A DNA stretch of 64,000 bases from the human T2T-CHM13v2.0 reference genome, Homo sapiens, in assembly GCF_009914755.1 (NCBI RefSeq), contig NC_060927.1. One strand, 5' to 3'. A program made the translations under genes and the position numbers. Of this stretch, positions 52,291 through 64,000 are shown piece after piece (within the stretch, counting starts at the first letter, position 1; every line of letters starts with the position of its first letter). Under the pieces are notes generated by a model. That model worked only from the letters and a program-made list of their open reading frames with translations. It was not told where the DNA came from and did not search any database.

Positions 52291-52785
52291 GGTAATAGCA
52301 ATAAGCAAAAGAGAAAAATAAGAAATCACATTTAATTTTCCCTTCTAGAGAGATGATATGAATCGTCTTGTATATTCTTAGTCTAGAGATAATATTAAGT
52401 CTTTTAGTGTATCCTTCTAGACTTTTTTCTCTATATATGCATGCAAATATTGATTTGGTACAGAAAATATCTTAGACAAGTCTTTATATCTTTATGCGTA
52501 AATATAGGGTATGCCTTCATTTTCCATAGCTTCCATGGAATTCCATTGTATGGCTCTATCCATTGTCAGGCTCTTCAGTTATTTCCAGGGTTTTGCTATA
52601 AAAACAGTGCTGACTGTGTATCCTTGGTAATTGCCTTCAGATAAAAACCCAGAAGTGGATTTGGTGGTGCTAAGAGTGGGTGTTGGTTCAAGGCTTTTGC
52701 CACATGTTGCCACATCTCCAACAGAAGGGTTTGCTGGTTGGACTTCCCCTGTTGGATGATGATAAAATACATATAATGTATTTAA

Positions 52786-52788
<3 letters not shown>

Positions 52789-52832
<44 letters not shown>
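52789..52832. repeat. (TA)22 microsatellite
   Basis: Direct reading. Confidence 0.92.
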
Positions 52833-52834
<2 letters not shown>

Positions 52835-52835
<1 letters not shown>

Positions 52836-52928
52836 TCCTGGCCTCAAGTGATCCACCTGCCTCGGCCCTCCCAAAGTGCTGGGATGACAGGTGTGAGCCA
52901 CCACACCCAGCCCAGGCCTACATTTGAA
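52835..52928. repeat. 94-bp direct copy of 53710-53803 (Alu 5' end plus flank)
   Basis: 91/94 identical, including the non-consensus GGCCCTCCC and the flank CAGGCCTACATTTGAA. Confidence 0.9.
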
Positions 52929-53135
52929 AAAAAAAATATATATATATATTTTCCACCCCTTCCATCTCTACTGAAGACTTAATGAGCTTGGTTTTGGAAG
53001 AAAGGGATACAAACAGATTTCAATCTTCTGGCCAACACTTGGCTTTTAGGGAGGCAGCGGGAATGAGCTGTCGTAACATAGAATAGGTGCTTTCCACCAT
53101 ATAACCAGGGAGACCCTTCCACCTCCACCCCCTAG

Positions 53136-53329
53136 GGTTTGCCATTGAAGGCCCCTCTCAGGCAAAGATTGAGTACAACGACCAGAATGATGGATCGTGT
53201 GATGTCAAATACTGGCCCAAGGAGCCTGGCGAATATGCTGTTCACATCATGTGTGACGACGAAGACATCAAGGACAGCCCGTACATGGCCTTCATCCACC
53301 CAGCCACGGGAGGCTACAACCCTGATCTG
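53136..53329 (+). CDS. FLNB: Filamin B exon 12 (repeat 4), 194 nt
   Basis: ccctag|GGTTTG...GATCTG|gtgaat; [64 protein letters not shown]. Confidence 0.96.
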
Positions 53330-53467
53330 GTGAATCAGCTGCTGTGCTTCTGTCTTCTTGTCCCTGGCCCCTGGTTCCTCACCCCCATGCCCGAAGTTGC
53401 CTTAAGCAGCATGTTGAGAGATGGCAGAGAGGAATCATTTGGATTTTAGGAAGGAAACAGGCCTGCA

Positions 53468-53787
53468 TTTGTTTGTTTGTTTGTTTGTTTGTTTGTTTGT
53501 TTTGAGACAGACTCTTGCTCTGTCGCCCAGGCTGGGGTACGGTGGCATGATCACAGCTCACTGGAACCTCTGCCTCCTGGGTTCAAGTGATTCTCGTGCC
53601 TTAGCCTCCCAAGTAGCTGGAACTACAGGCATGTGCCACCACAGCTGGCTAATCTTTGTATTGTTTAGTAGAGATGGGGTTTCACCATGTTGGCCAGGCT
53701 GGTCTCGAACTCCTGGCCTCAAGTGATCCACCCGCCTCGGCCCTCCCAAAGTGCTGGGATTACAGGTGTGAGCCTCCACACCCAGCC
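53468..53787 (-). mobile_element. Alu with a (GTTT)n tail
   Basis: TSD CAGGCCT(G/A)CATTT. Confidence 0.92.
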
Positions 53788-54475
53788 CAGGCCTACATTT
53801 GAATCCTGGTAGTAGCACTTAGCACTTTTATAGTGTTGGGCAAGTAACTTACCTATCTGACTCTTGGTGTCTTCCTCTATAAGACAGGAATGATAGTAGT
53901 CTCTGCTTCTAGAGAGCTTCTAGGATGATTCAGGAGGTGGCATGCATAAAGACCGCCTTTGGCTTATGCCTGGCCCATGCAGGGAGCTCCATAAGCTGTT
54001 ATTTTCTTGCAACTCCGGGGATCATATGTCAGTCTTACAGCCATTTTCTATAGTTATTATTTCAAGGTGCTCCATAGATAAAGGATTTTTTTTTCCTAGT
54101 TCCGTGTCTCTTAAGTTGGAGCAATGTTTCCAAGAGTGTCCTCTCAAACCCTTAGCAGGCTGATAAGCATCAAGTCTGAGCCAGCCTGGCTGACAGGGAG
54201 TTGGCCCCAGAGGCCACGTGTGCTACTGTTGGCCCACACGGGCAGCTGTCCATAGGCTGATGTCAGTCTGGGCTGGTAGCTACCCCGTTTTGGCCAAATG
54301 ATATTCCTTTGCCCTCTAGGGCAAATGTTGTCCGTGGTAAAGATTCTGAGTCCCCTCAAAGTGGGAACGTTGAAACTGGGCATGACTAGAGGTCTCTGCC
54401 CCAGTTGTTAGAAGTTCTTTAGGTCAACTCAGAATAAGGCAGGGAGCATGGGTTAGTTTGGGCATGGTTTTAGAA

Positions 54476-54695
54476 CAGGGGTTTCCAATATTTTGCCTTC
54501 CCTGGGCCACACTGGAAGGAGAAGAATTGTCTTGGGCCACACATAAAATACTAATGATAGCCGATGAACAAAAACAAAAACAAAAAAAAAATTGCAAAAA
54601 ATTTTATAACATTTTAAGAAAGTTTACAAATTTGTGTTGGGCTGCATTCAAAGCCATCCTGGGCCGCATGCGGGCTTCAGGCCGTGGGTTGGATT
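54476..54695. mobile_element. MER30-like hAT MITE
   Basis: ccctgggccacactggaaggagaagaattgtcttgggccacacataaaatac...gggccgcatgcgg. Confidence 0.8.
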
Positions 54696-54913
54696 TGTTT
54701 AGAGAGTTTTCTCCCTTATGAGGGAGAGACATTTGTTTTTAAGTTACAACCTACTTTAGCACTTTACTTCCCATAACCAACCTCTTATGTGGATACTGTA
54801 AAACCAGACACAGGTCATTTTGTTCTTCCCCCACCCCCTGGTTACCTGTCTTTGTATAAGGGTTTAGTTGGGGCATTACACAGAAAGAGACTTACTATCT
54901 GCCTTTGCTTCAG

Positions 54914-55027
54914 GTTCGAGCATACGGGCCAGGTTTGGAGAAATCTGGATGCATTGTCAACAACCTGGCCGAGTTCACTGTGGATCCTAAGGATGCTGGA
55001 AAAGCTCCCTTAAAGATATTTGCTCAG
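54914..55027 (+). CDS. FLNB: Filamin B exon 13 (repeat 5), 114 nt
   Basis: cttcag|GTTCGA...GCTCAG|gtaaat; VRAYGPGLEKSGCIVNNLAEFTVDPKDAGKAPLKIFAQ. Confidence 0.97.
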
Positions 55028-55634
55028 GTAAATTTCAGGGGGCCACCTGTGCAGGTAATTGTCAGGTAACAAGATCTGACCACGTAATGGCAAGTTGCTG
55101 AGTCCATCTGATCTTCAGTTTCCTCATCTGCACCGTGGAAATGATAAGAAGATTATCTTATAGGGTTATGTGAGGGTTCAGTGAGACTACCATGTAGAGT
55201 ACTGGGCTTTAAAAAAATCAGCTTTCTGATTTATATTCTGTGGAAATGAGGCTTGTTTGTTTCAGGTTATTCTATAATGTCTTTTGGTGTGGCTGAAGCT
55301 GCTGAGGCCATGGGGGGAGATTTGTAAACAAGGATTTAAAAAGTATGTTTATTTAATCTAATTGAATTTGGCCAAAGGACTTAAATGCAGGAATTGAGTG
55401 GCCAAAGCTTTGTTTTTGGGTCACTTGCTCTTAATAACTAAAAATAAATAAATGCATGTCATATTTTGTCACTGGTTGTCACCGTGTTGTGAAAATATGG
55501 CACATTGTAGTTGGTCCATGAAGTTTTGTTGTATAAGCAAGTGGTGACTTGGCTGTCTTGGGAGGCCACAGTGACCCTGTCTGATAGAGACAGTGTGAGG
55601 GCCACCTCTGGTCCTAGCTCTGGCTTTTTTGCAG

Positions 55635-55778
55635 GATGGGGAAGGCCAACGCATTGACATCCAGATGAAGAACCGGATGGACGGCACATATGCATGCTCA
55701 TACACCCCGGTGAAGGCCATCAAGCACACCATTGCTGTGGTCTGGGGAGGCGTGAACATCCCGCACAGCCCCTACAGG
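55635..55778 (+). CDS. FLNB: Filamin B exon 14 (repeat 5), 144 nt
   Basis: ttgcag|GATGGG...TACAGG|gtaggt; DGEGQRIDIQMKNRMDGTYACSYTPVKAIKHTIAVVWGGVNIPHSPYR. Confidence 0.97.
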
Positions 55779-56031
55779 GTAGGTTGTGAGGCAGAATCCT
55801 GGCTGTTTTATGGAAATGCCTGGTCATACACCAGGTCTGGGATCCATGCCTGACAGCCAAGGCAGACATATGGAAGGAACCCATCCCTGGTGGGCCTTGA
55901 ATGATGGAGGGGCCCGAAGGGCAGAGTGCTCCAGCCTGCTCAGAAGAACTATTTCTAACAATGTTTTTTAATAGTATTTTACTGGGTCCAAGTGGAGGAG
56001 AACTTGATGACCTTCTCCATGTCTTCTCTAG

Positions 56032-56155
56032 GTCAACATCGGGCAAGGTAGCCATCCTCAGAAGGTCAAAGTGTTTGGGCCAGGTGTGGAGAGAAGTGGT
56101 CTGAAGGCAAATGAACCTACACACTTCACGGTGGACTGTACTGAGGCTGGGGAAG
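56032..56155 (+). CDS. FLNB: Filamin B exon 15 (repeat 6), 124 nt
   Basis: ctctag|GTCAAC...GGGAAG|gtgaga; [41 protein letters not shown]. Confidence 0.97.
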
Positions 56156-56398
56156 GTGAGAAAGGGCTTTGTTCAACCCAGTGATCATTGCTCCGTGGGG
56201 AAGGCAGTTCTTTTCATAACGTTTCAATGCCTTTTGAACTAGGAAGTAGTCCATCTGAATAGGTAATCATCTACTGAGCCTCTGAGTCATTCCTTAGTGA
56301 TATCTTTGCTAATCCATCATCCCTTTCCCCAAATCCTTACTCTTTCTCAGGTTTCTTACTAGAAACTTCCCAATTGCTTTTTGAGGGTGTTAACCTGA

Positions 56399-57325
<927 letters not shown>

Positions 57326-58246
57326 CTCCTTTTTGGTGTTTTACTGACAGGGAAGTTGTCTTGAGAACACTGCTCAATCGTTTTCTCTCTGGCTCCTTAC
57401 AACCAAGAAGGAAAAAAAATTTACCCAGAGCTAAATTATTACCACTTTCTAACAAAAGTGAGGCAGTGTGTTCAGTGGTTAAAAGCAGGGGTCTGGAGAG
57501 AGACTAGTTTGTAATAAATTTTCATCAATATTTTGGTTGAAATGCAGTTAGCTTCTAGATATGTTCTACTTTGATGCCTTTGAAGCAATGACTGTGGTCT
57601 CCACCCTTAAATTTTTATAGAGAGAGGTGATTTGAAGTTTCAGGTATGCAATAGTGAAGATAGGGTGAGCAGGATCCTGAAAGAGAGAATTTTGAAATCC
57701 TAGGGATTAAAATTAACCTTACATAAAAATGGAAATCTTAGTAGAATGTTCTGTGCCTAAAGGTAGTGGTCTTGACATCCATTTAACCTCTTCTGCCTTT
57801 ATTCCAATAGTCTGCAACATTCTTTTTGAAGAATTATAATCATTCTGTCTCTGATCACTTCTTGCATTTCCCCAGACCTTAGCTCTCAGCTGTCCCTGGA
57901 GGACATTTCCTTCCCCCAGCCCCATGTATTATTGTCGTTTTTGGTTTTATTCTTGTTGGCATTTTTCATCCTGAGTACTCAACATTCAGTATTAAAGGCT
58001 CAAAGTCCTCGGGTTTGTTTGTGACATCAGGGATCCAGGCATTAGAGAGTGACCTGTTATAGAAGGCCCTTTCCCAATGCTGGGCCCTTTTGGCTTATCT
58101 TACCCTTCTGTTTACCTGTGGTAATAGAAGTCTGCTCACCACTCGCTAAGTCAGAGTGATGCTAAGGTTCACCCTTTGTTGAAGGCTCCCTGAGCTCTGG
58201 CTGTTGCTTCAGGGGCTTTCCTACTAAGACTGTGTCTCTGCTACAG

Positions 58247-58337
58247 GAAATCCCCGCCAGCCCTTTCAGAGTCAAAGTTGACCCTTCCCACGATGCCAGC
58301 AAAGTGAAGGCAGAAGGCCCAGGGCTCAGCAAAGCAG
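58247..58337 (+). CDS. FLNB: Filamin B exon 17 (repeats 6/7), 91 nt
   Basis: ctacag|GAAATC...AAAGCAG|gtaaga; [30 protein letters not shown]. Confidence 0.97.
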
Positions 58338-58604
58338 GTAAGATGGCACGTCTAGGTTGTCCTGGGCCCCTCTGCCAGCCGGTGGCACTGGGCGTGTTTC
58401 ATCCACGGCCTTGAGGAACTTCATCTCCACCAACACCAACACCAAGCTGGCAGGTTTTCTGTGCAGCTCTGATGCAGCAGTGGCTGGCCAGGCCCGTTGC
58501 TGGCTGTCATAATAGACCTGGTGCTGTTGAACCTGTCTGACGGGTTCTCAAAGTGAAACTACTCCAGCTGGTCTGTCTCCTCACTTCACAGTATATCTTT
58601 CCAG

Positions 58605-58774
58605 GTGTGGAAAATGGGAAACCGACCCACTTCACTGTCTACACCAAGGGGGCTGGGAAAGCCCCGCTCAACGTGCAGTTCAACAGCCCTCTTCCTGGCG
58701 ATGCAGTGAAGGATTTGGATATCATCGATAATTATGACTACTCTCACACGGTTAAATATACACCCACCCAACAG
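58605..58774 (+). CDS. FLNB: Filamin B exon 18 (repeat 7), 170 nt
   Basis: ttccag|GTGTGG...CAACAG|gtaggg; [56 protein letters not shown]. Confidence 0.97.
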
Positions 58775-59467
58775 GTAGGGTCCTTCTCCCCTCTGCTCCC
58801 CTGGCCCCCAGCCAGGCCCCTTTCTATGCAGTCGGTGCTGGGTCACTGTGGACACCAAGGGGTGTGAGAGGTGCTCTGCCAAAGTGCTCCCTGATGGGAG
58901 GCAGCTCCTGGCACTTTGAACCCCTCTGGGAGCACCTATAGGAAGCCCAATGGGTTCTATCAGGTGAACTGCAGAACTCCCCAAAAGCAAGCAGGAAGCT
59001 GGTCCCATATCTCCACCTTTGGTTTGCATTTTATCAGAGAAATGCTCAGTTCTTGATATTCAGGCCCTAATATCTATCTTTCTGTTACACATGTGCACAC
59101 ATGTGCACACACACACACATACACACACACACGTGCATTCCCTCGCGGCCTCACCAGCTGCCTTTTAGTCTTTTCATTAATTACCCACAGAAAAAGAGCT
59201 GCTACACCTTTGTGTTTCCTTCCTGGTCCTTTTAGCTTAGTTTACCCTTTTTATGAGGTGTTGGAATGAGGTCTTTTCTCAAAGAGCCAGTTCAGCCTTT
59301 CGTCCCTAAGGCCCAGCACACTATTTAGGGCAGCAAATTATTCCCCTTTACAAAATGCAGGATTTCACATGTGATCTTACCATCTAGGCTGGCTTACTCT
59401 GATTATTTCAGGCCATAAGGGCCTTAAAACTGCCTCTCTGTACAAGTTAATGTTTATTTGTTTAAAA

Positions 59468-59644
59468 ACATTAAAAAAAATTTGTATCGTGGTAAAATAC
59501 ACATAACACAAAATTTACCGTCTTAACCATTTTTAAGTGTATAGTTCATTAGTGTTAAGTGCATTCATTATGTCGTGCACCCATCACCACCATCCATCTC
59601 CATAATTCTTTACATCTTGTAAAACTGAAGCCCTGTATCCATTA
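59468..59644 (-). mobile_element. Short L1MB-like 3' tip
   Basis: aaaatttaccgtcttaaccatttttaagtgtatagttc; flanked by TATTTGTTTAAAA at 59455-59467 and 59645-59657. Confidence 0.75.
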
Positions 59645-59972
59645 TATTTGTTTAAAATTTTGTTTCGCTTCATGTTCACACCTCTGGGGTCTGGAGAGCA
59701 GACATCCTGGCAGAAAAGTCTGGATTTTAATACTTAAGCCTAGTGTTCGAAGTGGTTGTTCCAAGCCTCTGAGATTCCTTTATTCTTAAGGGAAATGATC
59801 CTGCTGTGTTTGAAATGCCATTTGTAGGAGAAGAAGGGCAACGCTTTCTGCAGAAGCACTGCTCAGAAGCCTTGCTCCCGTCTGGGTCCTCTCAGCGAGG
59901 AGCAGTCAAGAGTCAAGTGGGGAAGAAAGAGGATTATAGTGAGGAAGGGGTCATGGTGTAACTGTCCCCTGA

Positions 59973-61475
<1,503 letters not shown>

Positions 61476-62222
61476 TCTCGTGTGCAGGTTATAAACGCGG
61501 CTTCTTATCTCCAGACTTGCTCTTCCTGTGCTTTAAAATAAAAAATCCAAAACAAAACATTCATTATTAGTAATGATAAAACTAACACTTTTATAGATAG
61601 AGCATTCTTTTCTCATCAGGCCACTCAATAGTAAGTAGGTAATTATTTTCCTGCTGATGGTTCTGAGGGTTGGTGGGAGCCTTACTACTGGGTGCACCAC
61701 GCTGAATCTTCTTTGTTGCCAAATTCTCCATATTCTTTAGGAGAAAGCACCAGAAAGCCATAGCTGTCTGCGTACAATGACTGGGATCACAAGGCCATGA
61801 CGTCTTCTAAAAACATTTTGTGACTTCTGCTTTATTCTATGTCTATATGCCTTTTAGTGTTTTGGCTGAGCCGTTAGAAAGTAAGTTGCAGATATCAGGA
61901 CAGGGTCAGGGTTTGACCTGCATCCTTGGAAAGGACTGCAGAACCCAGTACCCCAGACGTCCCCTGCTGCTGGTTGAGGCAGAAGTGGAGATTAGGAGCC
62001 TAGGTCCGGTTTTGTCCCCTTTGAAGTAATGCTGGAGTGGGAGGCTCCTTACTTCAGAGTCACCCCAAGGTCACATTCATCCAGTTCTCTGATAGCAGCA
62101 GGTTTGAGAACTGCTGCCATGCTGAGTACTCACTTAGGGCTTTGTGTCCGGATGCTCCCAGGATGCATTCAAGGAGCCGGGTGGGCCTTGGTGGCGGTCG
62201 TTGCCACCAAGTGGCAACATCC

Positions 62223-63223
62223 AAGCTGCTTGAAGCCACCCACAACCCCACAACCAAGAGAAGAGAAGACCAAAGTCCTCAGGTAAATCACAAGTGTGAA
62301 TGACTTGCAGGGTGGCACTGGGGTCCTTCTTGTTGTTTGTTGCTTGGAGCTGGGTTTATTGTTTCATTATTTGGGCAACTTGCAATTCTGCCTATTTTTC
62401 TATGGCAAAGAACACATTAAATCTCTCCTTAGATTGAATTTCCTTCCCACCCCCACCCCCAGCACAGAGCCTGGCCCTATAAGTGCTCTGTGTGGATTAA
62501 TGGCTGTGAGTGAGCGAATAAATGACATGGCGCCTGGATTCACAAGCGGAGATGGCCTAAGAACGTTGTAATCTGGTAGAGGAGTGATGCCAACACCTCC
62601 TCATTCTCCTTTGAACTCTGTTTTCTGAAGAGCAGCTAAAAGCTCAAGACTGGGCTAAGGAAGTGTGCCCTTGGATGTGGTTAAGAGACCTGGGTCAGCC
62701 CAGAAAGCCACCCCCTGACACGGGGGAGGGAGCATACTTTGAGGGCTGACACCCACAGGCACACCTTCTCATGGTAGTTTTAGGGTATAACAGGCTGGAA
62801 ATCCCCAGAAAGGTGGCTGCTTGGGCATGGGTGTGTCCTGGCCTGGTGTGGGCGCTTCCCCCTCAGAACACAGGCTGTGCCACGTGGGGAGCCGAGGTCC
62901 TGCCTGAGTAACCCAGGTCCCTGATTGCTGGTTTTGCTCCCTGACACCTGCAGGCCTGCCACTCCACCTCGCAAAGTCCCTGAGTGACAGCTTGCAGGTG
63001 CTTGCCTGCCTGGGGTGGATGAGTGATGTGGATGGCTGTAGGATCCTGTGAGTCCCTTGAGGATGCAAAAGTAGAGCGCGTTTTGCCTTAGAGGAATGGA
63101 CTTGTTGGCTTGGGGCTTGAGGACCCTCCCAGAGGTCAAAGACTCGGTTTTATAGAAGGGAAGTGATTTCCCTGAGGACTTTGGTCTTCTCTTCTCTTGG
63201 TTGTGGGTGGCTTCAAGCAGCTT
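62223..63223. repeat. Unique-sequence inverted repeat with arms 62223-62291 and 63163-63223
   Basis: 60/61 complementary, plus an 8-nt duplication (CCACAACC) in the left arm; 871-bp spacer. Confidence 0.93.
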
Positions 63224-64000
63224 AAATTTCTCACCGCACGTTCCCCTGCGCAGAGCAGTTTGAGAAGCTGGTGGCAATGTCTCCATTACGTGCTGTGCTG
63301 GGAGCCACTAGGATTGGGGACCACTCCATGTAGTACTCTGGCACCTTTAGAAATCCCTGTGAGCTCACAGACCCTCACAGAGTAACAGCTTCTACCTTGA
63401 AATGTTCTTAACGTGGTGGTCCTGGCTGCTCCTGGAGGGCCCTAAAAGGGATGGTGCTGAGGGTGGCTCTCTCAGTCCCATCCTCTTCTGAGCTGTCTGG
63501 TCAGTGTCTTGTGTATGTATATTTTGAAGAATAAGATTCAGGTTTCAGAAGCATGTAGAGGAGAGTGAAACTGTCTTGCAGCCTGCGAAGTCGTGGCGAA
63601 ATGCACTGGCCATCACTACCCAGACATCCCTCACTTCATAGCCCTGTTGGGGAATAAACACAGTCCATTCCTTAGTTGGGGCCTCAGGGGACACTTTAAA
63701 ATGCTGTAGGCATTGTAGGTGTAAATCTCCGAGATTTTTTCCCTCCCCCTTCTTAGGTTATTTAAGGTACAGTTCATTTTCTATCTGAGTTTTTGTTTTG
63801 TTTTTGACTGGTAACAAGAGCATACTTTCTTTTATGGGATGGGTGGGCTTAACTGGAAGAGGGTTTTTCCCTCTCTTTTTTAGCACTTCAGAGAAGAGGC
63901 CAGAAAACTTTATGCGGGTGAGGGAGGAGGTATCCCCAAGACCTCTGGTTAGCCTGAGGTCTGCTTAGTGAGCCCCTGAATTGTTAGGGGCTGTGGGGAA

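Noticed and set aside
62780-63286. 168-aa minus-strand ORF sharing KLLEATHN with a plus-strand ORF at 62037
   Set aside because: The shared peptide simply reflects the inverted repeat, and there is no sign of a coding gene.

Overview
Human-type (primate) genomic DNA from inside the filamin B gene (FLNB), on the + strand. The window starts in intron 1 and contains 17 consecutive GT-AG coding exons (exons 2-18 by standard numbering, 23442-58774). These splice into one open frame of 2453 nt encoding the end of CH1, all of CH2 and Ig-like filamin repeats 1 to about 7. The window ends in intron 18. The rest is intronic and rich in repeats: about 48 Alus, old L1s, THE1/MLT1/MER21 LTRs, MER and Tigger DNA elements, MIR/L2 and microsatellites. 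Nearly all other ORFs in the supplied track are Alu artefacts. There is no prokaryotic system or CRISPR array. The best leads are: (1) a 1.1-kb poly(A)-tailed, TSD-flanked insertion with no L1/Alu body that splits a MER91A and ends at an MLT1 poly(A) signal, probably a retroposed orphan RNA or transduction; (2) three locally templated copies of 60-115 bp, each 0.83-0.88 kb from its partner, one of them inverted with fold-back junctions; (3) a candidate internal first exon in intron 2 (MQEHSTRRRSL) with an upstream CArG box and an overlapping uORF; (4) exons 2-4, flanked by inverted Alus, would form a 495-nt circle with no stop codon. Repeat subfamily names are from visual recognition and their boundaries are approximate.
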